Assembly (NCBI GenBank): GCA_028688175.1 | Contig: JAQTYS010000001.1 | Span: forward strand, 1 to 52,145 | Direction: 5' to 3' | DNA: 52,145 nucleotides | DNA from: Methanothrix sp. | GTDB taxonomy: Archaea; Halobacteriota; Methanosarcinia; Methanotrichales; Methanotrichaceae | In this document: piece after piece, positions 9,896 through 18,279 of the stretch | Numbering within the stretch: position 1 is the first letter of the stretch | How the letters are laid out: each line of letters starts with the position of its first letter | Notes under the pieces: model-generated | Databases searched by the model: none | Seen by the model: the letters and a program-made list of their open reading frames with translations, nothing else | What the model was told of the DNA's origin: nothing | Made by a program: the position numbers and the translations under genes

Positions 9896-10495
9896 ATGAC
9901 TTTAACAACGTATAAAGACCACCAGGAATTATTTGCAAATTGTAACGGTTATTGGGATCTTCGGAATAATACTTTGCCGATAACAGGAACCGTATCCGGG
10001 ACAATTACAGGATCGGTTGTTACTCCTGACAGATTTGGTGTTGCTAATCGGGCTTACTTATTTGACGGAACTGATGATAAAATAACAATGGGGAATACTG
10101 CGGTATCTATTAAATCGTTGTTAGTATGGGTTAAATTATCATCTACTACTCAATCCATTCTCAAATTAACCGATACACCTCATACAATAACCGTGTCGTC
10201 AGGAACGCTTACTGCATCTGGGTGGCCTGCTACAGTAGTTCTATATGTTAATGGTGCGTCTGGTTCAACCGTTGATACAAATTGGGCATTGATCGGTATT
10301 ACAACATCGGGAGATGCATTCGCAGCATCGAATTTGATATTAGGATACGATGGGTCTTCATACTTGAATGGATTAATTGGTGAAATTCTAACATTTTCAA
10401 CCCAATTGAGCGCAGTTGAAATGAAGACGTTTTACAATTTAATGTCTAAATATACATTATATCCATTGATTGCATCACCACGAGGTCAAGAATGA
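9896..10495 (+). CDS. LamG/concanavalin A-like lectin domain protein 2
   Basis: DRFGVANRAYLFDGTDD, YLNGLIGEILTFSTQLSAVE. Confidence 0.8.
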   Translation: MTLTTYKDHQELFANCNGYWDLRNNTLPITGTVSGTITGSVVTPDRFGVANRAYLFDGTDDKITMGNTAVSIKSLLVWVKLSSTTQSILKLTDTPHTITVSSGTLTASGWPATVVLYVNGASGSTVDTNWALIGITTSGDAFAASNLILGYDGSSYLNGLIGEILTFSTQLSAVEMKTFYNLMSKYTLYPLIASPRGQE

Positions 10496-11214
10496 GCATA
10501 TTAAATCTTGAAACATTGAAACGCAATGGATGCGTTTTGTGGTGGTCTGGGACGGTAGCGACATCGGGAACATATGATGATGATGGTAACAAACAAGGCT
10601 TTTTAATCCTCCCTGATGGTGTGACGGTAACGCCAAGTGGAACATTTACTACGGTTAAAGGCAAAGACGGTATAACTTACTTAAAATTTGATGGATCTAC
10701 CAATTATGTTTCATTGAGTAATCATGCAAATTTTGATATTGGGGTATCAAATTCACCATTTACAATTTGTGGATGGGTTAAATTAAATTCAGATGATCAC
10801 ATGATCATATGTCGTGGGGGGGGGTTTGATGCTTTTAACTCAACAACAGGATATCAATATCTGTTAGATTTGTTTCCAGCATCAAATGCGTATTGGCAGT
10901 GGTGGACAGGATCTGCTCAAGGGGCGATCGCGTTTTCACCATCATTACTCGTTACTGGGACTTGGAAATTTTTAACTATTGTATATGATGGGACTACAAC
11001 TACGATCTACGTAGATTTGGTATTTGTTGTTAGTGCAACATCTACATATGTAAAACCATCATCATCACAATATACGCGAGTTGGAGCATCGGTGAGACAA
11101 AGTCAACTCGATTACCCTACAAATGGCAACATCAAAGACCTGATGATTTTCAAAGGTAAGGCACTCGATACTAATCAAATCGGAGCAATTATGGAAGAAA
11201 CATACATATATTGA
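10492..11214 (+). CDS. LamG/concanavalin A-like lectin domain protein 3
   Basis: FDGSTNYVSL, FTICGWVK, WKFLTIVYDG, GNIKDLMIFKGKAL; paralogue of 9169-9894. Confidence 0.85.
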   Translation: MSILNLETLKRNGCVLWWSGTVATSGTYDDDGNKQGFLILPDGVTVTPSGTFTTVKGKDGITYLKFDGSTNYVSLSNHANFDIGVSNSPFTICGWVKLNSDDHMIICRGGGFDAFNSTTGYQYLLDLFPASNAYWQWWTGSAQGAIAFSPSLLVTGTWKFLTIVYDGTTTTIYVDLVFVVSATSTYVKPSSSQYTRVGASVRQSQLDYPTNGNIKDLMIFKGKALDTNQIGAIMEETYIY

Positions 11215-11233
11215 AGTGAACCAGGAGACAATA

Positions 11234-11722
11234 ATGGATTACGAAGGCATCAACAACCCAGAAGACAGGCAGAAATGTTCAGGAGACGCATTTCGGTTTC
11301 ATAAATCCTACAAGGCCATCCCTCGCATGCTTTTTTCTACGATATCAAAAGCGTTCTCGCTTGTAAAAACCCCAGATGACTGGTTAAACGGGATAACTGG
11401 CAACATTGGCGTTATCCGAGACATTTACCGGGACGAATATCTTACCCACGAAAAACAGGAGGGCAGAAAAAACGTTGTTAGTTCGTCGTTGCCGTTCGGG
11501 TTGTCTATTCTATTTTACGACCCGAATTATGCAGAGGTTGCAAATTGGTTTATCTATCGGATATGCCAGGAATACGAAGCCGGCAGTTTTACTTTTGCAC
11601 CTACACATGTTATCCCGGATTGTTGGTATCAGGATGGGAGGGGACGAGCCATGCCGGATTATCAAGATGCGATGCGAATAATCCAGGAACAAACCGAAAA
11701 ATATAAGGAAGATAAGGCATAA
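11234..11722 (+). CDS. Hypothetical protein
   Basis: Long ORF; AGGAG RBS before ATG 11234. Confidence 0.7.
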   Translation: MDYEGINNPEDRQKCSGDAFRFHKSYKAIPRMLFSTISKAFSLVKTPDDWLNGITGNIGVIRDIYRDEYLTHEKQEGRKNVVSSSLPFGLSILFYDPNYAEVANWFIYRICQEYEAGSFTFAPTHVIPDCWYQDGRGRAMPDYQDAMRIIQEQTEKYKEDKA

Positions 11723-11729
11723 TATAGTA

Positions 11730-11890
11730 GTGTGCCAGGGTAGCGGGGTCAAACCCTTACCTTGGTATTGGCCAGGATTAAACTGGCGGGTTCATATTGA
11801 TTAAACCTGTATATCTTTTACTCGTTGCATGTATCCCAGAGGGGAATACCGATCCGGTCATGCCAGGGTCAAACCTGGTATGATCACTAA
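11730..11890 (+). ncRNA. Candidate structured non-coding RNA (up to five hairpins)
   Basis: Stems 11732-11768, 11771-11787, 11788-11808, 11831-11849, 11856-11885 with G-U pairs; GUCAAA loop used twice. Confidence 0.5.
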
Positions 11891-11898
11891 AAAAGAAT

Positions 11899-12165
11899 TT
11901 ATTCTAATGCCTGTTTATCAGTTGCGTTCCTATAAGGCATATACGGATACAACGGGCACGTGAAATTTCTACAGTTTTTATCATTTGCCTGGTCATAAAA
12001 CCCCATGCAATCATAACATTTTGCTTTTATCGCCTCATTTCTGGTTATCCTGAATCCCTTCAAGAACTGGATGAGTTCTCCTCTCCCCTGAAATCGACTT
12101 CCATACTTCTCAAGCATGGTAAGAAATTCACTCTTTCTTTCTCTGGGTATGCTTTTTGATACCAT
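11899..12165 (-). CDS. Small Cys-rich Zn-binding viral protein
   Basis: AIKAKCYDC...C...CPLYPY motif. Confidence 0.7.
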   Translation of the reverse strand: MVSKSIPRERKSEFLTMLEKYGSRFQGRGELIQFLKGFRITRNEAIKAKCYDCMGFYDQANDKNCRNFTCPLYPYMPYRNATDKQALE

Positions 12166-12277
12166 ACAGATACTATATGCTTGTTAATCATATAAGTTAT
12201 CGTCTCAAGTGTGTTATGTTCTGTAATAGGCTGTATGACCAGTTTAAAAAATTGAAACACGAGTTTTTACCGATTAC

Positions 12278-12330
12278 ACAACAATTATTTATAATATTGC
12301 GACTAATATAGTATTGTAACAGGTGAGAGA
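12278..12330 (+). promoter_or_regulatory. Promoter + RBS cassette, copy A
   Basis: TTTATAA box, then cgactaatatagtattgtaacaggtgagaga (12300-12330), identical to 16489-16519. Confidence 0.8.
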
Positions 12331-12334
12331 AATC

Positions 12335-12595
12335 ATGGATTACGAAGAATGGCAGGATGCACAGGAAGAGAAGAAAGAACTGCTCGACAAATACTTTAAA
12401 ACTCTCGAATCGGTAGATATCGAACCGAGTAACGCCGATGAGGTATCAGAATGCTATGACAAACTTGTATCGGTCATGTGCATCCTACGGCAGATAAAAG
12501 AACAGGTATGCAGACTTGAAGATGATTTCCCAGCCGGTAACGAGCCAACCGATGAGCCTGGGTATGACGATTCGGTATGGGAGGGAGACCGATGA
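12335..12595 (+). CDS. Small acidic helical protein
   Basis: ATG 12335 behind GGTGA; D/E-rich. Confidence 0.7.
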   Translation: MDYEEWQDAQEEKKELLDKYFKTLESVDIEPSNADEVSECYDKLVSVMCILRQIKEQVCRLEDDFPAGNEPTDEPGYDDSVWEGDR

Positions 12596-12682
12596 TGACC
12601 CTCCTTTCACGCACGATAAGAGACCGTCCTGCAAACGAAGACGAAATACGAGGGATGGGAGAAAAAGAAGACATAGAGACAG

Positions 12683-12988
12683 TTATCTTGGTTTAATTTT
12701 TAAGAATTGTTCTAACTCTTTTCTACTTTTACATTGTTCTGCTTTGGTGATAGACGTTAATAAGTCGCGTTTTATGCTTTTAAACCAAGGATCATTCCCG
12801 CAAATGTCATGAATTATTTGTTTTATTTCCTTTGCGTCTCTTATTCCTTCGACTCTTGACGAGAATTCCTTGAGTATTTGTATATAGTCATATTCAAAAT
12901 CGTTATTCTTTTCATCGTATCTTGACCGTATGCGGTCAATTACAAAATCTACAAGATTAGGGTTTAATATCATGGTTAGTCTCTCCAA
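12683..12988 (-). CDS. Hypothetical protein
   Basis: 101 aa ORF overlapping the end of 12976-13623. Confidence 0.55.
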   Translation of the reverse strand: MERLTMILNPNLVDFVIDRIRSRYDEKNNDFEYDYIQILKEFSSRVEGIRDAKEIKQIIHDICGNDPWFKSIKRDLLTSITKAEQCKSRKELEQFLKIKPR

Positions 12989-13623
12989 TTGTCGCTATAC
13001 AGGAATCCGCACTTCATACATTTCCGGCGCTGGTATTTACCATATGCGTTTACCAAGAACCCGGCCTTCCCGCACTTTTCATTGCCACATCGAGGGCATA
13101 TTGGAGTTGTTTTGTCTATTACTTCAGAATTCTCATGCTCCAGTTTAAGATTTTGATATCGTGTCTTATGCTTTGCAATCTTATCGGGTTCTGCATTATA
13201 TTCTTTCATGTAATCCCGCATATAATCGCGGTATTCCTCATAATCCCGCTTTGCCCGCAGTGCAGCCCGTTCAGCATCAACAATCTCTTCTTTTTCTCTT
13301 AATACATCGTGTATCGTTTTTTCTTCTGGTTTATCTTGGGCACTCTTTACAATTTCGGGCTTTTGTTTAGGTTCAATATACCTCAAATCACCCGGGCCGA
13401 GAAACGTTCTCTCATCAAGGTTTGTATCTCCTCTTTCAGATTTGAAATCAGCATAACAATCTTTGCAGAATGTAATTCCCCCTCCCATATCCATATAGAA
13501 AACAACGTTGTCCGCTTCTATTGGTTTGAAATTGCCTATTTTACATCCTGGCTTTGAACAACAATAGAACTCTCCTTCCTTAATGGGATTGTTCGATTCA
13601 GTCATATATTCCATATTGCACAC
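12976..13623 (-). CDS. Multi-Zn-finger protein with C-terminal InsA-like Zn ribbon
   Basis: N-terminal CSKPGC...FCKDC, coiled coil, C-terminal CPRCG...KAG...QRRKCMKCG. Confidence 0.65.
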   Translation of the reverse strand: MCNMEYMTESNNPIKEGEFYCCSKPGCKIGNFKPIEADNVVFYMDMGGGITFCKDCYADFKSERGDTNLDERTFLGPGDLRYIEPKQKPEIVKSAQDKPEEKTIHDVLREKEEIVDAERAALRAKRDYEEYRDYMRDYMKEYNAEPDKIAKHKTRYQNLKLEHENSEVIDKTTPICPRCGNEKCGKAGFLVNAYGKYQRRKCMKCGFLYSDNWRD

Positions 13624-13685
13624 GCACGTATATTAACATGCGTTAAAACTTATAATTCATAATGATAAGCATTAGAATAAAAAAT

Positions 13686-13828
13686 AATATGACACTTTAC
13701 ACATTCATGTAATCTAAAATAACGTAAAATGTAAAACGTATAACCTATAACTATACCATACCATTATGAATCATTGATTATACGTTATACATTATTTTAG
13801 ATTTCATGTTTACACATATAGTCATATT
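13686..13828. repeat. Long imperfect inverted repeat in AT-rich divergent intergenic region
   Basis: 13706-13726 vs 13788-13808 (19/21), 13735-13743 vs 13778-13786 (9/9), 13686-13693 vs 13821-13828 (8/8). Confidence 0.8.
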
Positions 13829-13922
13829 TTTAGTTATCAAAAACTGATATTTAAAGTGATATGTTGGTATATAAACGACAATATGATTATATGCTTATCG
13901 CTCATATAGTTAAGTGGTAAAA

Positions 13923-14054
13923 GTGGATAAAAAACAGAAAGTGACGGCCACTATTTCAAAAGCACTTGTAGAGCGTATTGACGAGGACCGCGATTTGGTG
14001 AGCCGGTCGGCATGGATTGAGAGACTATTGAGAAAAGCAATGGGAGAGGAGTAA
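13923..14054 (+). CDS. Ribbon-helix-helix (CopG/Arc-like) regulator (43 aa, not in ORF track)
   Basis: KQKVTATISKALVERIDEDRDLVSRSAWIERLLRKAM; GTG start at 13923 or 13914. Confidence 0.75.
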   Translation: MDKKQKVTATISKALVERIDEDRDLVSRSAWIERLLRKAMGEE

Positions 14055-14058
14055 AACT

Positions 14059-14220
14059 ATGGAATGCGGATTTGCAGATAAGTTCAGGGTTATCCGGACT
14101 GTATGTGATGAGAGACGGATAAAACATACCCGGATGTTGCCAGGAATATTTGAGAGAGAACAGGCTGAAGATATCGTTGCTGCATGCAATAGCAAAGAAT
14201 ACAAAATCGAGGCGGTATAG
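14059..14220 (+). CDS. Hypothetical protein (53 aa, not in ORF track)
   Basis: GAGGAG RBS; fills gap between RHH gene and tmk. Confidence 0.5.
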   Translation: MECGFADKFRVIRTVCDERRIKHTRMLPGIFEREQAEDIVAACNSKEYKIEAV

Positions 14221-14772
14221 TTGTATATCGCGTTTGTTGGCATTGATGGGGTTGGAAAAACCACCATAATCAACCGGATACAGGATTCGGGAATGGACGC
14301 GGTATTTACCCGGGAACCGTATTACAACATCCCAAAGACATACAATGACCCAGTAGAGGCATCTTACGAGTTTGCAAAAGATAGGTATAGGCACATGAAA
14401 GATGTCATCATCCCGGCGAAAGAGGCGGGAAAGCACATTATATCTGATAGATGTTACCTATGCAACCTCGCGTATCAGTCGCATGATGGCCTGATTGATT
14501 TACAATGGTTAATGGGATTGCAGCCTCTAAATCTGGTATTCCCCGATGCGGTAATATGGATGCAGTCTGACCCTAACATAGCAGCAAAACGATCTGGGGA
14601 AGATGCCTGGCGGTTATCGGAAATACAGCACATATATGCAGAGGTTATTAATTCCCGTGACCTTCCCCGGGTAAACTGGTATCTGGTAACGGTTGATGAG
14701 AAAAGTCCGGATGAAGTGTATGTAGAAGTGGCGCTTTTAATCAGCGAGTTGATGAGGGATAATGGCAGGTAG
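14221..14772 (+). CDS. tmk: Thymidylate (dTMP) kinase
   Basis: P-loop GIDGVGKTT, FTREP, IISDRCYLCNLAYQ. Confidence 0.9.
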   Translation: MYIAFVGIDGVGKTTIINRIQDSGMDAVFTREPYYNIPKTYNDPVEASYEFAKDRYRHMKDVIIPAKEAGKHIISDRCYLCNLAYQSHDGLIDLQWLMGLQPLNLVFPDAVIWMQSDPNIAAKRSGEDAWRLSEIQHIYAEVINSRDLPRVNWYLVTVDEKSPDEVYVEVALLISELMRDNGR

Positions 14773-14992
14773 TTATCAGCATGTATTGCATGGTTGGTCC
14801 CTAATTGAAAATATGGGGGATGCTCAAGAGGCAGTTGAAGAACTAATGTGGTTGGTTCAATCACAAATAGGAACAAAGAAAGCAAAAGATTTACTTAAAT
14901 CAAGATTCTACCCCATGCAAAGGGGAGAAATTAAAAAAGATAAATCTTTTGAGAAAGTAACACGGTTGATGCACGATACGCGGGAGATGTGA
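14762..14992 (+). CDS. Hypothetical protein
   Basis: Operon packing; GAGG RBS. Confidence 0.55.
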   Translation: MAGSYQHVLHGWSLIENMGDAQEAVEELMWLVQSQIGTKKAKDLLKSRFYPMQRGEIKKDKSFEKVTRLMHDTREM

Positions 14993-15240
14993 TGGCTAAA
15001 CGATGTGCGAAGTGCGATTACAAATTAGATGATATGTGCCGGTTCTGGCAACAGTGGAGAAAGGAAGTCAGGATACCCAATTGTTCAGAAAATGCAATAA
15101 AACGCGCAAGAGAAGAGGGGGCTTTGCAATATGCTCCGATGGGGATACCGGGAGGAACTAAAATAAAGGATTTTGCGCTCCTTAACAAGATATGGAATGA
15201 AGAATTCCCTGTGAAACATAAGAATGAGGATTCAAAATGA
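14989..15240 (+). CDS. Hypothetical Cys-containing protein
   Basis: CAKCDY...C; coupled overlaps. Confidence 0.55.
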   Translation: MMAKRCAKCDYKLDDMCRFWQQWRKEVRIPNCSENAIKRAREEGALQYAPMGIPGGTKIKDFALLNKIWNEEFPVKHKNEDSK

Positions 15241-15917
15241 TCCGCTCAATAAAAGCAGCAACGGCATCGCAGGCCTATAAGGTGTTATTTTGGCATTTGA
15301 TGGAGAAAGGTGAGAGATTCATATCAGAGGACGGTGCAGACTGCCGGATTCTGGATACCGTGATATGTCATATCGATAAACCCATGGAACAGTTACCAGA
15401 ACTCATCAAGATGTCTCCGCTTGGACCGCTGGCAATGGCTCAATATGTGAGAGATTTCGTTGATGGTGTTCCTGACGATGACCCGCGCCCGATGGATTTT
15501 GAATATACGTATCATGAGAGGTTATTTGATTACGATTTCCCGGAATGTTACGACAAAGTGAACCAGATTCAGAACATCATAACCAAATTGCAGCGTAACC
15601 AGTTTACTCGGCGGGCGGTGGCTGTTCTATGGCAGCCGTGGATAGATATCTATTCAGAAGACCCGCCCTGCCTGGATATGGTTAAGTTCGGCATATCGCG
15701 CGACTGCAGGCGGTTGAATATGTCCTGCGTGTTCAGAAGCCACGATTTGATTGGCGGATGGGTAAATAACGTATACGCGATCGCTTATCTGCTGAAATAT
15801 ATTGCTGAAAATATCGGGCGGGATGTTGGATACCTTGAGATAATATCATTTGACGGGCATGCGTATATGAAAGACCAGTGGCAGATTGATAGACTGAAGG
15901 AGATGATAAAGAGATGA
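15237..15917 (+). CDS. thyA: Thymidylate synthase, archaeal ThyA type
   Basis: FEYTYHERL, TRRAVA, catalytic DPPCL, FRSHD...N. Confidence 0.88.
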   Translation: MIRSIKAATASQAYKVLFWHLMEKGERFISEDGADCRILDTVICHIDKPMEQLPELIKMSPLGPLAMAQYVRDFVDGVPDDDPRPMDFEYTYHERLFDYDFPECYDKVNQIQNIITKLQRNQFTRRAVAVLWQPWIDIYSEDPPCLDMVKFGISRDCRRLNMSCVFRSHDLIGGWVNNVYAIAYLLKYIAENIGRDVGYLEIISFDGHAYMKDQWQIDRLKEMIKR

Positions 15918-16093
15918 AGAAAAAGAATCAAGAGAAGGTTCTAAAACTGCTAAAAGAACTTGATTTGTATAAGAAAATAGAACCAAAGATTTTTTACAGT
16001 TTTAATGGTGAAGAACCAAAAGTGATACAGCAAGAATCATATATTCGAGTAAACGATGTTGTTGACTGGGGTGCTCTTATAAAAGAACTATAA
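15914..16093 (+). CDS. Hypothetical protein (59 aa, not in ORF track)
   Basis: ATGA overlap with thyA stop. Confidence 0.45.
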   Translation: MKKKNQEKVLKLLKELDLYKKIEPKIFYSFNGEEPKVIQQESYIRVNDVVDWGALIKEL

Positions 16094-16095
16094 AA

Positions 16096-16389
16096 CTATT
16101 TTTTTATAATATATTCCCAGAACTGCGATACACCAAACAGGATAGCAATTACCGCGCTGGTGATCCATGCATACCGAGAACGAATAGGTTTTTTTCGGTC
16201 AAGAAGAAGAGAAACTGTTTTGTTAAGTTCGGCAATGGATTGTTTGATTTCTGTTGTATCCTCGTGGATTTTGTCAATATCTTTTTTGTGGCTGCGGCAA
16301 TGCTCATTGAGTTGGTCTCTGGTTTCTTTTTGCATATCCCACAACATTTTAGGGCTGTATTCCCCTATTATTGGTGTTTCGCTCGTCAT
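16096..16389 (-). CDS. Coiled-coil + C-terminal TM protein (XhlA/holin-like architecture)
   Basis: Heptad region followed by YAWITSAVIAILFGVSQFW. Confidence 0.6.
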   Translation of the reverse strand: MTSETPIIGEYSPKMLWDMQKETRDQLNEHCRSHKKDIDKIHEDTTEIKQSIAELNKTVSLLLDRKKPIRSRYAWITSAVIAILFGVSQFWEYIIKK

Positions 16390-16468
16390 GCAATCCCTAT
16401 TAATCGTTGCCTATGGATAAATGGTTAGTGCTAAAATGTTTTATAGTATTTGTTTTCTAAAAGTTATA

Positions 16469-16519
16469 ACAACAATTAAATACTATTACGACTAATATAG
16501 TATTGTAACAGGTGAGAGA
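16469..16519 (+). promoter_or_regulatory. Promoter + RBS cassette, copy B
   Basis: 31-nt identity with 12300-12330; both preceded by acaacaatta. Confidence 0.8.
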
Positions 16520-16521
16520 TA

Positions 16522-16749
16522 ATGGAAGACAAAAACTTTAAGAAAATTCAGAGCATGTTTGTAGAACTCAACACCATTCAAACCAGGATGGCAACAATAG
16601 CCAAAGAATGGGGAAATATGAACATTTATGACGAAGACGCAAAACAAGAAGAGTCAAAATTAAATGAGGAATTCGAAGATTTAAAGGTAAAAGAAACGGC
16701 ATTGAAAGAAAAACTTAACCCTTACCCCTTACCCCATTTAAAGTTTTGA
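16522..16749 (+). CDS. Small coiled-coil protein
   Basis: Behind promoter copy B and GGTGA. Confidence 0.7.
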   Translation: MEDKNFKKIQSMFVELNTIQTRMATIAKEWGNMNIYDEDAKQEESKLNEEFEDLKVKETALKEKLNPYPLPHLKF

Positions 16750-17319
16750 CGGGTGGAATGTTTTTACAACATTTCCTCTATAATCCTTATCCTCTATATT
16801 TTTTGGTATTTTATATTGCATCACTCTCGTATCCTTCGCTGTATAATCTTTTCCAGTCATATATATGCTATTTTCATCCTCTTCTGTAATTTCACCTCCG
16901 AATACCCCGGCACTTCCAGATTGGAATCCTCCTTTATCAGGATTCATTTTAAATTCTGTCTGCCTTGTAATAATAACATCTTTATTATTATCGTCTATTG
17001 CTCCTTTTATAGCATTTACTTCAGTTTCGTCCCAGTTTTTATCACCTAATGCTGCATCGAGTTTTGATTCTAATTCGGGAGTTGCTCCAAACTCCGATTT
17101 ATCATCAATATATGTTTCACGCTTTGACTTTTCGATATCATCCTTCTTATCCTCTTTCTTTTCTCCTCCTTTCTTATCTTTGTAGTTATCTGGCCGTGCG
17201 TGGATACCACCTGACCCAGCCTGACTACCACCACGATATCCTGGTATACCCAAATGTCCCCAATTCCCTGAACCCGGTCCACCGAATTCTCTCAACCTGT
17301 CAGAATGTTTTAAAATCAT
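16738..17319 (-). CDS. Charged protein with LRE-FGGPGSGNWGH.G.PG..GGS tag
   Basis: Start moved to ATG 17319; K/D/E-rich body. Confidence 0.75.
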   Translation of the reverse strand: MILKHSDRLREFGGPGSGNWGHLGIPGYRGGSQAGSGGIHARPDNYKDKKGGEKKEDKKDDIEKSKRETYIDDKSEFGATPELESKLDAALGDKNWDETEVNAIKGAIDDNNKDVIITRQTEFKMNPDKGGFQSGSAGVFGGEITEEDENSIYMTGKDYTAKDTRVMQYKIPKNIEDKDYRGNVVKTFHPSKL

Positions 17320-17368
17320 GTTGTAACCTGATATGATTTTTAAACTATTAATGCTAACTATTATCAAG

Positions 17369-17557
17369 ATGCCCGCTAAAAAGGAACCTCCCCATTTGGT
17401 TTATGTTAAACAGCCGTCAATACAGCATAAAGACCCGTTTCAGACACAGAAACAAGAGAAAGATGCTGGGGATGTGCTGGAAAAAGCAACGACACGGTAT
17501 AGAGATAAAGTGATCGAGAGGTTGAAACAGGAGATGGGAGATGAAGAACCCAAATAA
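17369..17557 (+). CDS. Small protein upstream of MuF-like gene
   Basis: MPAKKEPP...KDPFQT; ATG 17369 ~25 nt after TTTTTAAA box. Confidence 0.5.
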   Translation: MPAKKEPPHLVYVKQPSIQHKDPFQTQKQEKDAGDVLEKATTRYRDKVIERLKQEMGDEEPK

Positions 17558-18272
17558 AGACATCATTAAGAAGATTACAGAGTTTGATGAGGATTTAGAC
17601 GATATAACCGAAACAGTCTATACCAGCGCAGAACAGGGATACAGGAAAGGGTTGATTGTAGGAGGACAGCAACTGAAACCTCTTGGCGTAGAAGTGAATA
17701 TGGGAGTAAAGACCAAAATAGAGGAATTAAAGAAGATACGGGCTGCAAATGAGAAATACATAGAGGGATGGGGAGAGAACATCAACAAGCAGGTATATGA
17801 TATCGTATGGGATGGAATAGAGTCCGGTAAATCTCTTAATACCATAATGGACGATATTATCAAGGCGACTGACAAATCTATCCTGCAAGCAAAAAAAGAA
17901 GCATCGGACATTGTGATAGACGCTGCGAGAAAAGGAGAAATCGACCTGTATCGTCAAGCCGGGGTTGGACTGTTCAGGGATATAGCAATCGTAGATGATA
18001 GAACGTGCGGCGTGTGTTTGGGGTTAAACGGGAGGATATACAAGGAAGGATTTGATGAACGCGGTGTGATTAACTACGATAATGGGAACTTTTTAACGGA
18101 TGACATCGCAGAACTTGCAGCAGAGAATGGGTTAGAAGACTGGATTAATCCAGAAGACGGAGCAGAAGGGCCGACTTATCATTCTCGGTGTCGCTGTAAA
18201 TTTGCTCCCGTTTTGACGTTTGAACAGTATAAAAACAAAGATGCGATTCAGACAACAATATCAGAAGTTTGA
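17541..18272 (+). CDS. MuF/SPP1 gp7-like head morphogenesis (minor capsid) protein
   Basis: DDRTCGVCLGLNG and P.YHSRCRC signature. Confidence 0.88.
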   Translation: MKNPNKDIIKKITEFDEDLDDITETVYTSAEQGYRKGLIVGGQQLKPLGVEVNMGVKTKIEELKKIRAANEKYIEGWGENINKQVYDIVWDGIESGKSLNTIMDDIIKATDKSILQAKKEASDIVIDAARKGEIDLYRQAGVGLFRDIAIVDDRTCGVCLGLNGRIYKEGFDERGVINYDNGNFLTDDIAELAAENGLEDWINPEDGAEGPTYHSRCRCKFAPVLTFEQYKNKDAIQTTISEV

Positions 18273-18279
18273 TTCTTTT

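Noticed and set aside
9169-11214. Diversity-generating retroelement targets
   Set aside because: No reverse transcriptase and no template/variable repeat pair with adenine-specific differences seen
11216-11233. MNQET start shared with ORF 7714
   Set aside because: Probably coincidence; these bases contain the AGGAG RBS for ATG 11234
11730-11890. tRNA, CRISPR mini-array or simple terminator
   Set aside because: No cloverleaf or TTC-loop, no regularly spaced identical repeats, and more structure than a terminator needs
12976-13623. IS1-family insertion sequence
   Set aside because: Only a Zn-ribbon resemblance; no DDE transposase, terminal inverted repeats or target duplication
15237-15917. 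DNA hypermodification pathway
   Set aside because: ThyA keeps dUMP-type residues and no glycosyltransferase, preQ0 or other modification genes were recognised
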